Made by a program: the position numbers and the translations under genes
In this document: positions 40,212-50,187 of the stretch, piece after piece
How the letters are laid out: the number at the start of each line of letters is the position of its first letter
Numbering within the stretch: position 1 is the first letter of the stretch
Assembly (NCBI GenBank): GCA_041739995.1
Contig: JBGSMV010000031.1
Coordinates: forward strand, 96,001-160,000
Direction of reading: 5' to 3'
Source of the DNA: Bdellovibrionota bacterium
GTDB lineage: Bacteria > Bdellovibrionota_C > UBA2361 > JBGSMV01
Length of the DNA stretch: 64,000 bases
Notes under the pieces: model-generated
What the model saw: only the letters and a program-made list of their open reading frames with translations
What the model was told of the DNA's origin: nothing
Database searches by the model: none

Positions 40212-41360
40212 GTGACCATTACAAGCCACGTAAATTTCAAGTCTTGGGGCTTAGTTCTCAGTGTCGCGCTTTCGCTCGGCACCATCGCTTTCGTCTTCTC
40301 CACCATAACCATCTCTGAAGTAGTGGCTGCCATTGCAGGCGCAGATCGCAGCGCCGTAGCCGCCTTCCTAGTCGCTTCTTTTAGCGCAAGTTTCTTTCGC
40401 GTTTGGCGATATCGAGTACTACTGCGTAGCAATGGTTACGAAACGCCTTTTCCAAGCATGTTCTTGATAGTGCTGGTCAGAAACACCTTTAGTGACCTTC
40501 TCCCGGCGCGCCTTGGCACGCTCATCTACATTTTTCTCACCACCACACGCCTCGGCATACCGTTTGGTGCGGCAGGTTCGAGCTTCGCTCTGGCCTTTTT
40601 GTTCGACATTATCGCGATCGTACCTTTGATTTTTGTTTGTGTGGGATTCGCGAGCCTTGGTGGAATGGTCTCGCCCGTGGGGCTGATCTTTGGAGGAGGT
40701 ATTCTGCTTGCGCTGTCTAGCACTCTCATCCTCCTCCTACCGAGAGCTCTAAGAGTGGCGTCGAATGTCTGCGCCCGACTCTTTTCTGTTCAGAGTTCTG
40801 TTGGACAAACTCTCCTGTCTGGGATTGCTTCCGTAGCGGAAAGCGTGGAGCAAACTCGCGCTTCTGGTGCGTACGCCAGAGTACTGGTCATCTCTATCCT
40901 CGGTCGCCTGTGCAAGTACGCCGGACTGTACCTCTTTTTGTATGCGATGCTCATTCCACGCGGGTATTCTCTAAGCGACATGCCTTTCTCTACCGTGTTC
41001 CTCGGACTATGCGCTTCAGAGCTAGCCGCAAGCCTCCCCATTTCCGGAATAGCCGGCATTGGTGCTTATCAAGGAGCCTGGATTGGTACTTTCACCCTGC
41101 TTGGATTCCCCCTGTCTCTCGCGACGCTCACAAGCATCGGGCACCACCTCTTCACTCAAGCCTACGGCTACTCCCTGGGTGCCTGCGCATTCTTGATCGT
41201 CCTACTCCCATTCTTTAAGCGAGAAGTTTCAAAGGACTCCCCATCGTCCCAGGCTCCCCTCATCTATTCTTCAAATACGATGTTTATTACTCAGCTGCTT
41301 GGGTCAGTCGCGCTGATTGTTGGCCTCATTTCATTCCTCCTTGGGAGAATCGCCACCTAG
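40212..41360 (+). CDS. LPG-synthase TM / flippase-like (UPF0104) membrane protein
   Basis: RVWRY, LLPARLG, FD and LPISGIAGIG motifs; many TMs. Confidence 0.8.
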   Translation: MTITSHVNFKSWGLVLSVALSLGTIAFVFSTITISEVVAAIAGADRSAVAAFLVASFSASFFRVWRYRVLLRSNGYETPFPSMFLIVLVRNTFSDLLPARLGTLIYIFLTTTRLGIPFGAAGSSFALAFLFDIIAIVPLIFVCVGFASLGGMVSPVGLIFGGGILLALSSTLILLLPRALRVASNVCARLFSVQSSVGQTLLSGIASVAESVEQTRASGAYARVLVISILGRLCKYAGLYLFLYAMLIPRGYSLSDMPFSTVFLGLCASELAASLPISGIAGIGAYQGAWIGTFTLLGFPLSLATLTSIGHHLFTQAYGYSLGACAFLIVLLPFFKREVSKDSPSSQAPLIYSSNTMFITQLLGSVALIVGLISFLLGRIAT

Positions 41361-41451
41361 CTCCTGGCGCTATTGCTACCTGCGAGTTTCCCCGACAGTT
41401 CCTCCCCGGAACTCCGTTAGGCGCAAACGAGAGCGCAGGCAATTGAGCTAG
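41357..41451. mobile_element. Candidate CTAG-bounded MITE-like element, family D
   Basis: Ends CTAGCTC...GAGCTAG with an inner inverted pair CCTGCG/CGCAGG; starts at the upstream gene's TAG; only one copy in the window. Confidence 0.4.
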
Positions 41452-41612
41452 GGTCATTCTTCTGGCGCGTGCTGGCTCGATTGGGTATTCTCATCAAGTC
41501 CTCAGTCCTACATCATTTGCGGAGCCCCACTGCGGAGCCCCACTGGCGCGAATGGACGATGAGGCCAACGGAGAAAAACCACTCCTCAACGAACCCTTCA
41601 GATCTGAAAGGT

Positions 41613-42407
41613 ATGACTAGAATGCGAACCCTCATTGTCACTTCCTCCCTCCTCCTCTCATTGTTTGTCTTGGCCTCTACAGTTTCTGCCCAAGATTCAA
41701 CCGATGAAGATCTAAGGGAAAGCTCTGGCCGCGACTCCCAATACGGCACAATTGATCTGGATCTGTCGGAGGAGCGCGAAAAAAGTTCTTACTCTGACGT
41801 TCAAAACGCGACCATCTCTGCCTTTAACCAACTGCGCACCACCGCACGAACCCTTGCCGAAGCAGGGAGTGCCTCTGTTCCGCCGCTCGCTGATGACATG
41901 TTGAGCTATCTCACTGCCGTTTATCTGTACTGCGCGGTACACAATGGCACCTGCCCTCTCGTACTCGAGGCAATTCTTGAAGTAGATATTATGAACGCTA
42001 AGCTTGCGGGCTCAGCTACATGTCCGAACATGAAACGTTTTTGGAACGCGTGGGTCGCCAGTGACATGGAAGAGCGTCACAAGTTTCTCGTGAAAACCTC
42101 ACACATCAACACCTATTCTGAATTTAACACCAAGACTCGTCCTAAATTTCTGCGCTGCGAAGAGACCGTCAAGCAAGAAATTAGTGGTCCAGGTTCTGGG
42201 CAGGGCTTCTTTCGCGATCGCTATCGTGCCGGAGCCCCAAAGGAAAAGATTTTTGACCGCATGCATTCCTTGCTGCTTCAGATTCAAGAGAAGATACCGA
42301 ATGTCTTTGTGGCCACCGGCTCACAACCGCCACTTCCCAAAGAACAACAAAGGGCGACGAAGCCCAAGGGATCGGGTGCTGTCAGACGAAGCGCACCGAG
42401 ACGCTAG
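41613..42407 (+). CDS. Secreted hypothetical protein
   Basis: Signal peptide ending VSA-QD; helical mature region with 4 Cys. Confidence 0.7.
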   Translation: MTRMRTLIVTSSLLLSLFVLASTVSAQDSTDEDLRESSGRDSQYGTIDLDLSEEREKSSYSDVQNATISAFNQLRTTARTLAEAGSASVPPLADDMLSYLTAVYLYCAVHNGTCPLVLEAILEVDIMNAKLAGSATCPNMKRFWNAWVASDMEERHKFLVKTSHINTYSEFNTKTRPKFLRCEETVKQEISGPGSGQGFFRDRYRAGAPKEKIFDRMHSLLLQIQEKIPNVFVATGSQPPLPKEQQRATKPKGSGAVRRSAPRR

Positions 42408-42416
42408 AGATACCCT

Positions 42417-44219
42417 ATGACACCGGCTTCACCCTCTACACGTCTATTTGAAATCGCCTGGGAAGTCTGCAATCAGATTGGTGGCATCTATACGGTCCTA
42501 AAGACCAAAGCCCCGACCATGCTTCCGCGCTGGGGGAATAACTACTTCCTGGTAGGGCCCTATGTCAGCGAATCTGCTGCCATCGAATTTGAGCCAGGCT
42601 CACCCGACGGCTTCCTTAAGCAAGCAATCGATCGACTTGCTCGCGCAGGCTTAGTAGTCCACTACGGTCGCTGGCTCATCAAGGGAAAACCTCAAGTTCT
42701 CCTCATAGATTATTCAGCGCGCTTTGATTCTCTCCACGAACAAAAATATTTCCTGTGGAAGGATCATGGAGTCGCACTCCCAGAACATGATCTAGAGGTG
42801 AATGGTTGTGTCGCCTTCGGCTGCGCGGTAGTGGAAGTTCTGACCGTCATTTCTGAAACATACAGAAATCAAACCTTCATCGCCCATTTTCACGAATGGA
42901 TGTCAGGCACCGCCCTCGCGCGAATCAGACATTTGCGCCTCCCTATAAAGACTGTTTTCACCACCCACGCCACTCTGCTGGGTCGTTACATTGCTTCTGA
43001 TAATCCAAACTTCTACGACGAGCTCGACCATATCGACCCCTACGCTGCGGCGCGTCATTACAACATTGAAGCTCGCTTTCAGTTGGAGCGCTTGGCTGCA
43101 CACACTTGCGATGTCTTTACCACCATAAGTCGAGTCACTGCCCGCGAGACCGAGCATTTTCTTGGCCGCAAGCCAGATCTTCTGCTTCCAAATGGCATTA
43201 ATCTTGAACGCTTTACTGCGCTACATGAATTTCAGAACTTACACCGAAAGTACAAGGAACGCATTCATGAGTTCGTCATGGGGCACTTCTTCGGGTCCTA
43301 TAGTTTTGAACTAGACCGGACGCTCTACTTTGTAACTAGCGGACGTTACGAATATCGCAATAAGGGCATTGATGTCTTCGTTGAAGCGCTGCATCGCCTG
43401 AACCAGCGCCTCAAAGAAATTTTCGATCCTCCCACCATTGTCGCCTTCATCATTACCAAGGCGGAAGTTAAATCTCCGAATGTGAGTACTCTTCAGCGCC
43501 ACTCCATGCTCGACGATCTTAAGAACATTTGCGGCGACGTTGAGGCAGATCTCGCCAAACGACTGCTCTCTGTAGTTTCAACCGGAAGTTTCCCTGAATA
43601 CGAAGATTTGCTTTCGCACGACTCGCAAGTTCGACTAAAGCGTGCGATGCATGCCCGGAAAACAAATAAGCTCCCTTCGATAGTGACCTACGATCTTGCC
43701 GACGACTCGAACGACCCTATTCTTCGGCATCTTCGTCATCGTCGGCTCTTTAACGAACCCAGCGATCCGGTTAAAGTTGTTTTTCATCCCCAATTCATCA
43801 ATGCCACAGGGGCATTGCTCAACCTTGACTACGATCAGTTCGTGCGTGGTTGTCACTTAGGGATTTTCCCCAGTTACTATGAGCCATGGGGCTATACTCC
43901 ACTTGAGTCATTAGCTCTCGGCATTCCTACCGTCACTACCGACCTGGCAGGTTTCGGCGATTTTGCTGAACAGAATGTAAAGGGCGTCGGCGAGCATAGC
44001 TTAAAGGACAGCGGCATATTTGTTCTCAAGCGCAGTCAGGTGTCTTCTGAGCGCTCCATCGATGATCTCACTAATTATATGCTTGATTTCGTACAGCTCG
44101 GTCGAAGAGAGCGGATCGAGCTTCGCAATCGCTCAGAGAGTCTTGGCGAACAGTTCGACTGGTCGCGACTGGTGAACTTTTACCACCAAGCCCATCAACT
44201 CGCCCTGAAAGCACCCTAG
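42417..44219 (+). CDS. Glycogen synthase, GT3 (eukaryote/Bacteroidota type)
   Basis: FEIAWEVCNQIGGIYTV, HFHEW, FTTHATLLGR, GRYEYRNKG and GCHLGIFPSYYEPWGYTPLE motifs. Confidence 0.93.
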   Translation: MTPASPSTRLFEIAWEVCNQIGGIYTVLKTKAPTMLPRWGNNYFLVGPYVSESAAIEFEPGSPDGFLKQAIDRLARAGLVVHYGRWLIKGKPQVLLIDYSARFDSLHEQKYFLWKDHGVALPEHDLEVNGCVAFGCAVVEVLTVISETYRNQTFIAHFHEWMSGTALARIRHLRLPIKTVFTTHATLLGRYIASDNPNFYDELDHIDPYAAARHYNIEARFQLERLAAHTCDVFTTISRVTARETEHFLGRKPDLLLPNGINLERFTALHEFQNLHRKYKERIHEFVMGHFFGSYSFELDRTLYFVTSGRYEYRNKGIDVFVEALHRLNQRLKEIFDPPTIVAFIITKAEVKSPNVSTLQRHSMLDDLKNICGDVEADLAKRLLSVVSTGSFPEYEDLLSHDSQVRLKRAMHARKTNKLPSIVTYDLADDSNDPILRHLRHRRLFNEPSDPVKVVFHPQFINATGALLNLDYDQFVRGCHLGIFPSYYEPWGYTPLESLALGIPTVTTDLAGFGDFAEQNVKGVGEHSLKDSGIFVLKRSQVSSERSIDDLTNYMLDFVQLGRRERIELRNRSESLGEQFDWSRLVNFYHQAHQLALKAP

Positions 44220-44289
44220 GGGTCTGTGACACAGGCACAGGCGAGCGAAGGCGGACCCTCATAAACAGGGCTGTGTCACTGACTCCTAG
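44216..44289. mobile_element. MITE-like element, family C (complete, 74 bp)
   Basis: TIRs CTAGGGGTCTGTGACACAG / CTGTGTCACTGACTCCTAG (17/19). The left CTAG is the glycogen synthase stop codon. Confidence 0.78.
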
Positions 44290-44320
44290 ACGGTTTCCAC
44301 TACGGAGACTGCCGCCATTT

Positions 44321-44824
44321 CTAAATGGGCTTGAAGTATTCGAACGGCTGTCGACACTCATTGCAAAAGTAGAATGCTTTGCAGGCTGTAGCACCAAACT
44401 GACTACGCAGTTCGGTACGGGCCGACTCGCAGAATGGACAAGGAACAACCTCGTCCGGAGCACGAGCACCAATTTTGACAAGCGACTGAGCGTCACCTAT
44501 CGGCGGCGCGATGCCGTAGCGTCTAAGCTTTTCCTTGCCTTCGGTGCTTAGCCAATCAGTAGTCCAGGCTGGTGAATATATTCGATGAGCTTCTACGTTC
44601 TTGAAACCCGCTTTCACTAAGGCTGCGGTAACATCCTGCTCAATCACTTCCATGGCAGGGCAACCAGAGTAGGTCGGGGTAATATCAACGTGTAATACCG
44701 AGGCGCCTTCATCCCAGCGGACCTGGCGAATAATTCCCATTTCCAGAACACTGATCACTGGAATCTCAGGGTCCATCACCGTCTGAAGAACTTTAAAGAC
44801 TTCGGATTCTGAATATTTCTGCAT
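44321..44824 (-). CDS. paaD: Phenylacetyl-CoA epoxidase subunit PaaD (PaaJ)
   Basis: DPEIPVISV, TPTYSGCPA, PAWTTDW, CPFC, FGATACK and C..C.QPFEYFK motifs. Confidence 0.95.
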   Translation of the reverse strand: MQKYSESEVFKVLQTVMDPEIPVISVLEMGIIRQVRWDEGASVLHVDITPTYSGCPAMEVIEQDVTAALVKAGFKNVEAHRIYSPAWTTDWLSTEGKEKLRRYGIAPPIGDAQSLVKIGARAPDEVVPCPFCESARTELRSQFGATACKAFYFCNECRQPFEYFKPI

Positions 44825-44883
44825 GAAACTGCACCTCCCTCACACCCGCACCAAGGAAAAGGCTGCGAAGTCTATTCGATGCT

Positions 44884-45690
44884 TTACCAAGAAGCCCCAG
44901 GATGCGCTCGCGCAAGGCTCTGCATCTCTGCCAGTAGAATGCCCATGTTCTCAGTATGCACACCGCGGCGACCGCCAGAATGCATCCAGCAATCCGCTGG
45001 AACCTTAAGGGTGGCTTCCTCTAAAATACTACGCACCTGCGCCGACCACTGACCTTTCAGAGACTCGACAAGCGGGGTCCCGTATACGGAGTTCATACGG
45101 GCATCAATATCGTCGGGAATAAAGAACTCCCCCGTAAATGACCAGAGCTCTTCTAGGGCGCTCGAGATGCGCGCGTGACTCTCCGCAGTACCGTCGCCTA
45201 AGCGGATGACCCACTGCGCACTGTGACGCGCATGGTACGAATGTTCCTTGAAGCTCTTCGCCGCCAATGCAGCCAAGTCTGATTGAGTAGCTTTTTGGAG
45301 CTGCTCCGTGTGCAGTACTGCAAAGCAGTCGAAGAAAAACTGTCTGAGAATAGTAAAGGCGAAATCTCCTTTCGAAAGTTCCGTCAGTTGAGCATTTCTG
45401 AACTGTCTTTCATCACGAAAATACGCGAGCAGATCATCACTGCGGCCTTGATTCTCAACTGAAGCCGCAAGTGCCAGAAAGGCCTGCCCCTGCCCAATAA
45501 GGTCGAGTCCGATGTTGCCGAGAGCCAGATCCTCTTCCAGAATTGGCCCATGCCCACACCACTCAGAAAGGCGATGCCCAAGAATAAGTCGATCGTCACC
45601 AAGTCGTAAGAGGTACTCAAAAAGCGCCGGATCGCCTGAAAGCGCCGTTGCTCCCTTCGGCCCCACACTGCTGTTCTTTGAGGCACTCAT
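44884..45690 (-). CDS. paaC: Phenylacetyl-CoA epoxidase subunit PaaC
   Basis: LGDDRLILGHRLSEWCGHGPILEED, KEHSYH, RLGDGTAES and HPGASW motifs. Confidence 0.96.
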   Translation of the reverse strand: MSASKNSSVGPKGATALSGDPALFEYLLRLGDDRLILGHRLSEWCGHGPILEEDLALGNIGLDLIGQGQAFLALAASVENQGRSDDLLAYFRDERQFRNAQLTELSKGDFAFTILRQFFFDCFAVLHTEQLQKATQSDLAALAAKSFKEHSYHARHSAQWVIRLGDGTAESHARISSALEELWSFTGEFFIPDDIDARMNSVYGTPLVESLKGQWSAQVRSILEEATLKVPADCWMHSGGRRGVHTENMGILLAEMQSLARAHPGASW

Positions 45691-45691
45691 A

Positions 45692-46021
45692 TCAAAACAC
45701 CTTCACGCCGCGCGGAACTGTATAAAACTGCGGGTGGCGGTAAACTTTGTCTTCGGCAGGATCAAAAAAAGAACCAACATCCGACGGATTGGAAGCAGTA
45801 ATCTCTTGAGAAGGAACGACCCAGATACTGTTCAACTTTCCACGCCGAGCATACACATCTCTGGCGTTCTGAAGTGCCATCTCCCCATCGGGAGCATGCA
45901 CACTGCCGGCGTGCTCATGAGGAGATCCTTTGGTTCCCTCCTGCACGAACACTTCCCAAAGTGGCCACTCGGCACCGGTGTTGTCTTTGCTGCTGCCCTT
46001 AGTTTTATCTTTATCACTCAT
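45692..46021 (-). CDS. paaB: Phenylacetyl-CoA epoxidase subunit PaaB
   Basis: [24 protein letters not shown] and [10 protein letters not shown] motifs; ATGA overlap with paaA. Confidence 0.96.
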   Translation of the reverse strand: MSDKDKTKGSSKDNTGAEWPLWEVFVQEGTKGSPHEHAGSVHAPDGEMALQNARDVYARRGKLNSIWVVPSQEITASNPSDVGSFFDPAEDKVYRHPQFYTVPRGVKVF

Positions 46022-46959
46022 GCTGCAGCTCTCTCTTGCTTTTTCTTGGCGTAGGCTTCCGCGGCTGCTCGCACCCAAGCTCCATTTTCATGGGCTCGCC
46101 GACGGGCAAGAAGTCGCTCACGATTACACGGTCCGTTACCGCGAATAACCTCATTAAACTCAGTCCAGTCAATCTCTCCGAACTTCCAATCACCGCTCTC
46201 TTCGTCATACTTCAACTCTGGATCTGGTATCGTCAGATTGACTGCGGTCGCTTGCGGTATCGTCAAATTCACAAAGCGTTGTCGAAGCTCGTCATTAGTC
46301 TTGCGCTTTACCTTCCAACGTAAAAGCTCCGCACTGTTCGGCGAGTCCTTGTCTGAAGGCCCAAACATCATCAAAGACGGCCACCACCAACGGTTGACCG
46401 CGTCTTGCACCATGGCGTGTTGTGCTTCGGTGCCCGCAGCAAGAATTGAAACACTTTCATAGCCTTGCCGCTTATGAAAATTCTCTTCCTTACAAACCCT
46501 CACCATAGCTCTCGCATATGGTCCGTAGGACGCCTTTGCAAGTATCGTTTGGTTAACAATCGCCGCGCCGTCTACAAACCATCCAATCACTCCGATATCA
46601 GCCCAGCTAAGCGTGGGATAATTAAAGATGCTCGAGTACTTGGCCTTTCCTGAAAGAAGTTGTTCGGTGAGTTCCGCTCTATCAATGCCCAGGGTCTCTG
46701 CGGCACAATACAAATAGAGCCCATGTCCGGCTTCGTCTTGGACTTTTGCGAGTAGTGAAATTTTTCGGCGCAGGCTCGGCGCACGCGTCAGCCAGTTTCC
46801 TTCTGGCAACATTCCGACGAGCTCAGAGTGCGCATGTTGAGAGATCATGCGAATCAGCTGGGAGCGATAACGCTCCGGCATCCAATCCTTGGGCTCGATA
46901 GATTCGCCGTTCGCAATGCGTTGCTCGAACTCTTCCACTTTCTGAGGATCATCCATCAT
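46018..46959 (-). CDS. paaA: Phenylacetyl-CoA epoxidase subunit PaaA
   Basis: [30 protein letters not shown] and [11 protein letters not shown] motifs. Confidence 0.97.
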   Translation of the reverse strand: MMDDPQKVEEFEQRIANGESIEPKDWMPERYRSQLIRMISQHAHSELVGMLPEGNWLTRAPSLRRKISLLAKVQDEAGHGLYLYCAAETLGIDRAELTEQLLSGKAKYSSIFNYPTLSWADIGVIGWFVDGAAIVNQTILAKASYGPYARAMVRVCKEENFHKRQGYESVSILAAGTEAQHAMVQDAVNRWWWPSLMMFGPSDKDSPNSAELLRWKVKRKTNDELRQRFVNLTIPQATAVNLTIPDPELKYDEESGDWKFGEIDWTEFNEVIRGNGPCNRERLLARRRAHENGAWVRAAAEAYAKKKQERAAA

Positions 46960-47056
46960 TCAATCTCTGATTTTACGAGTCCCCTCGCAGTGTAACCACT
47001 GTTTCTCGTTGGGGCAATTTACATGCAATTTCAATAGATTAGCAGCCCGGGGGGTC

Positions 47057-48349
47057 TTACGCCGCGAACTCTTCGCGCATCGCATCCTCAAAAGAAAGCC
47101 TCTCTTTGCTAGCCGATTTCTCCGCACGAGTAGCAGCCTTATAGGAAGCCTCTTCAAGCTTCTTTGCGGCCCCAAGAATATCTTGCATCTTAAACTCCCG
47201 CCCTTCTCGTCTGGAGAAGTACTCTTCCACCGCAGTCAGATATCCCATCATGCCGCACAGCTCTGTAGGACAATACTGCTTGCCATTTATTCGCAAACGC
47301 TCAGCATCATTTGCATCAGGCATCACCAGATTCTCGCAGCCACACAGCACTCGAATACTCTTATTGGCAATAACCGCATCGACTGCAACCTTATCCAAAG
47401 AGCCAGCACTCGCGTTCAGCACCAACGCATCAAACGCCTGGATAAGAAATTCGGCCTTCTGGTCAAGACTAAAAACCTTCACTCCTCGCTGCTCGAGCAT
47501 TTTTCGTTTTTCTGCTCCCGACTCAACTACAAAAAGCCTGCTCAGCACTTCACTTCCCAAGGTCTCTTCAAGGCGACGCACTAAGTGTTTCCCGATATTT
47601 CCGAATCCAATCATTCCGATTCGCGCACGCTTCGGGTCGATTCCCACGCCCCGCAACATTCCGAATAAAGTGTAAAGATTGCCCTCTGCGGTTGGTCCGG
47701 AAGTATCAGAAACTACGCTGCCATGAAAATGCTCGTGTAAGAACTCTAAGGAAGAAGTCTTGCCATCAGAAAGCATGCCGTGCCCGAGATCTTGTCCGGT
47801 CGTAACATGCACTCCGGAATGAGTTTCGAAATCTGCTAACGCCGCGACCGCGAAACGAAGCATCTCAATATCATTTGGCTGTCCAACCCTGGATGTTGAG
47901 CTTGGGAGCAATACGCACTTGCCACCAACTACTTGATCTAAGTGCTTTAGTCCAAGCGGGCCTGCGACTCGAATAAGCCTAGACCAATAAACTTTCTCCT
48001 CCATGCCACACGCCAGACCAATAGCCTCTTTCTCAGGAGTAAAGTTTGTCGCACGTTCACGATCTTCTGGCACAATTCGAAAGCCGCCTAGAGAAAAAGT
48101 CTGAGACCCCTGTTTCCCAAGCGTGCCGATACATAGCACCCATGGGCGACCAGCGGCCCCGTTCGTAGCGGTGGCCGAAGCAGTTGACGTATAGCGATAA
48201 AGCATCACATGCGCTGGAAACTCGTGTTCACCAGTTCCGGCAATTCTAGATGCACTCATGAGCGCCCGACACTCATTGGTCCCAAGCACCTCTCTTACAA
48301 ACGGACTTTGTTCATTGCTCGTCATACGCTCTGCTGCCTGTGCACACAT
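47057..48349 (-). CDS. Divergent Glu/Leu/Phe/Val dehydrogenase-family protein
   Basis: LGGFR, GMEEK, GGKCVL, TGQDLG, TSGPTAEG, IGFGNIG and CGCEN motifs, in the same order as in Leu/Phe dehydrogenases. Confidence 0.75.
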   Translation of the reverse strand: MCAQAAERMTSNEQSPFVREVLGTNECRALMSASRIAGTGEHEFPAHVMLYRYTSTASATATNGAAGRPWVLCIGTLGKQGSQTFSLGGFRIVPEDRERATNFTPEKEAIGLACGMEEKVYWSRLIRVAGPLGLKHLDQVVGGKCVLLPSSTSRVGQPNDIEMLRFAVAALADFETHSGVHVTTGQDLGHGMLSDGKTSSLEFLHEHFHGSVVSDTSGPTAEGNLYTLFGMLRGVGIDPKRARIGMIGFGNIGKHLVRRLEETLGSEVLSRLFVVESGAEKRKMLEQRGVKVFSLDQKAEFLIQAFDALVLNASAGSLDKVAVDAVIANKSIRVLCGCENLVMPDANDAERLRINGKQYCPTELCGMMGYLTAVEEYFSRREGREFKMQDILGAAKKLEEASYKAATRAEKSASKERLSFEDAMREEFAA

Positions 48350-48404
48350 AAGAAGTTCTCCGAACGATACACCGATAGAAAAACACTACTTTCATCACAA
48401 GTCG

Positions 48405-50030
48405 TTAGGCCATGGCCGCTAACAGCTCCGTGGCCCCCGGGGCAATTACCGTATCCAGCGCTTCACCTTCAAGGAGATTCGGGAAGTCCGTATTAAAATG
48501 AAGCCCTCTGCTTTCCTTGCGCAAAAGCGCACAGCGAATCACTAGGTTCGCGACAAGACTAAGGTTTCTAAGCTCCAATAAATCGGGGGTTACTTTAAAA
48601 TTCCAATAATAATCTTTAATTTCTTGTTCAATATTTTCGCTACGGTGCAAAGCCCTCTCTAGCCGCCGATTAGTCCTTACAATTCCAACGAAGTTCCACA
48701 TGAAGCGACGAATTTCTTCCCAGCTCTGAGCAATAACGACCTGCTCATCGCTATCAACCGCACTTCCCGCGTCCCAAATAGGAACCGGAATTTCCTGTTT
48801 ATGCTTTTGAAATGTATTTAGAGAATGTGCTGCCGCGCGAAAGCCAAAAACCACGCCCTCAAGTAAGGAGTTAGAGGCGAGTCGATTCGCTCCATGCAAA
48901 CCGGTGCATGCAGTTTCCCCACCAACATACAAATCAGTTATTCCTGTTCTGCCCCACTCATCAACTACCACTCCACCACAGAGATAGTGCGCTGCGGGCA
49001 CTACTGGTATCGGCCCTTTGGTAATATCAAATCCGTAACCAAGGCAACGTTCATAGATGGTGGGGAAATGCTCCTTTACAAATTCGGCGGGGCGGTGAGA
49101 GATATCAAGCAATACATGCTCTTCGCCATGAGTCTTCATCTCGTTATCAATGGCGCGAGCCACCACATCGCGAGGAGCAAGCTCTTTTAGCTCATGGTAG
49201 CGCTGCATGAACTCTTCGCCATTTACGCGACATAGGCGTGCGCCCTCACCGCGCATTGCTTCGGTGATAAGAAAATTTCGCGCCTGCGGGTGAAACAAAC
49301 AGGTCGGGTGGAATTGAAAGAACTCAAGATTAGCGACCCGAGCACCTGCTCGATAACACATCGCAATTCCGTCACCCGTAGCAACGTCAGGGTTTGAAGT
49401 GTAGAGGTAGACTTTTCCTGCACCACCGGTCGCGACAAAAATTTTATCCGCGATAATCCGATCAATCTCACCGTCTGGCATGAGTACATAGGCGCCGAGT
49501 GCACGATTTCCGTTTGAGCCGTTGCTGGTGCGCTTCTGAGAAACCTTTCGACTGGTAATAATATCAATCGCGCTGGTTCCTTCGAGAAACTTAATGCGCG
49601 GATGTTCCAGAGCTGCCGAGAGCAGCGCGCGTTGAATCTCAGAACCGGTCGCATCAGCGGCATGAAGAATGCGTCGCCGAGAATGCCCACCTTCTCGATG
49701 CAGGTGATAGCCGCTTCCGTCTGATTCTCGGTCGAACTTGACTCCGAGCCGCACTAGTTCCTCAATCCTGGCTGGCCCCTCTTTGACCACCAACTCCACA
49801 ATCTCTCTGTTGCAGAGCCCTGCTCCAGCCGTAAGTGTATCTTGAATGTGAAGTGAGAAGTCGTCGTCCTGAGCGGAGACGGTAGCGATTCCACCTTGAG
49901 CCCAGGCAGTCGAAGAGAGATGCGGACCTTTTTTAAACAGAATCGCCACACTGCCCTTCTGCGCCACTTCAAGCGCATAGGTCAGTCCAGCGATGCCACC
50001 ACCAAGAACAAGGAAGTCATATTCCTGCAT
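48405..50030 (-). CDS. nadB: L-aspartate oxidase
   Basis: GGGIAGL, WAQGGI, EGGHSRRRILH, QFHPT, ELAPRDVVAR and GLHGANRLASNSLLE motifs. Confidence 0.97.
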   Translation of the reverse strand: MQEYDFLVLGGGIAGLTYALEVAQKGSVAILFKKGPHLSSTAWAQGGIATVSAQDDDFSLHIQDTLTAGAGLCNREIVELVVKEGPARIEELVRLGVKFDRESDGSGYHLHREGGHSRRRILHAADATGSEIQRALLSAALEHPRIKFLEGTSAIDIITSRKVSQKRTSNGSNGNRALGAYVLMPDGEIDRIIADKIFVATGGAGKVYLYTSNPDVATGDGIAMCYRAGARVANLEFFQFHPTCLFHPQARNFLITEAMRGEGARLCRVNGEEFMQRYHELKELAPRDVVARAIDNEMKTHGEEHVLLDISHRPAEFVKEHFPTIYERCLGYGFDITKGPIPVVPAAHYLCGGVVVDEWGRTGITDLYVGGETACTGLHGANRLASNSLLEGVVFGFRAAAHSLNTFQKHKQEIPVPIWDAGSAVDSDEQVVIAQSWEEIRRFMWNFVGIVRTNRRLERALHRSENIEQEIKDYYWNFKVTPDLLELRNLSLVANLVIRCALLRKESRGLHFNTDFPNLLEGEALDTVIAPGATELLAAMA

Positions 50031-50187
50031 AATTAGGCCTCTTGTCTCATAGGCGAGCGCAAAAGTCTTTCCACAACGATCGTAGGAAACCGTGCCCCTA
50101 CGCAGGAAGCTGCCCCCCAATGTAGTGCAATCAAAACAGGTACTTAAATGTGTCTCCTGCGAACTATTCAGGCTATGTAGTCCTGTA

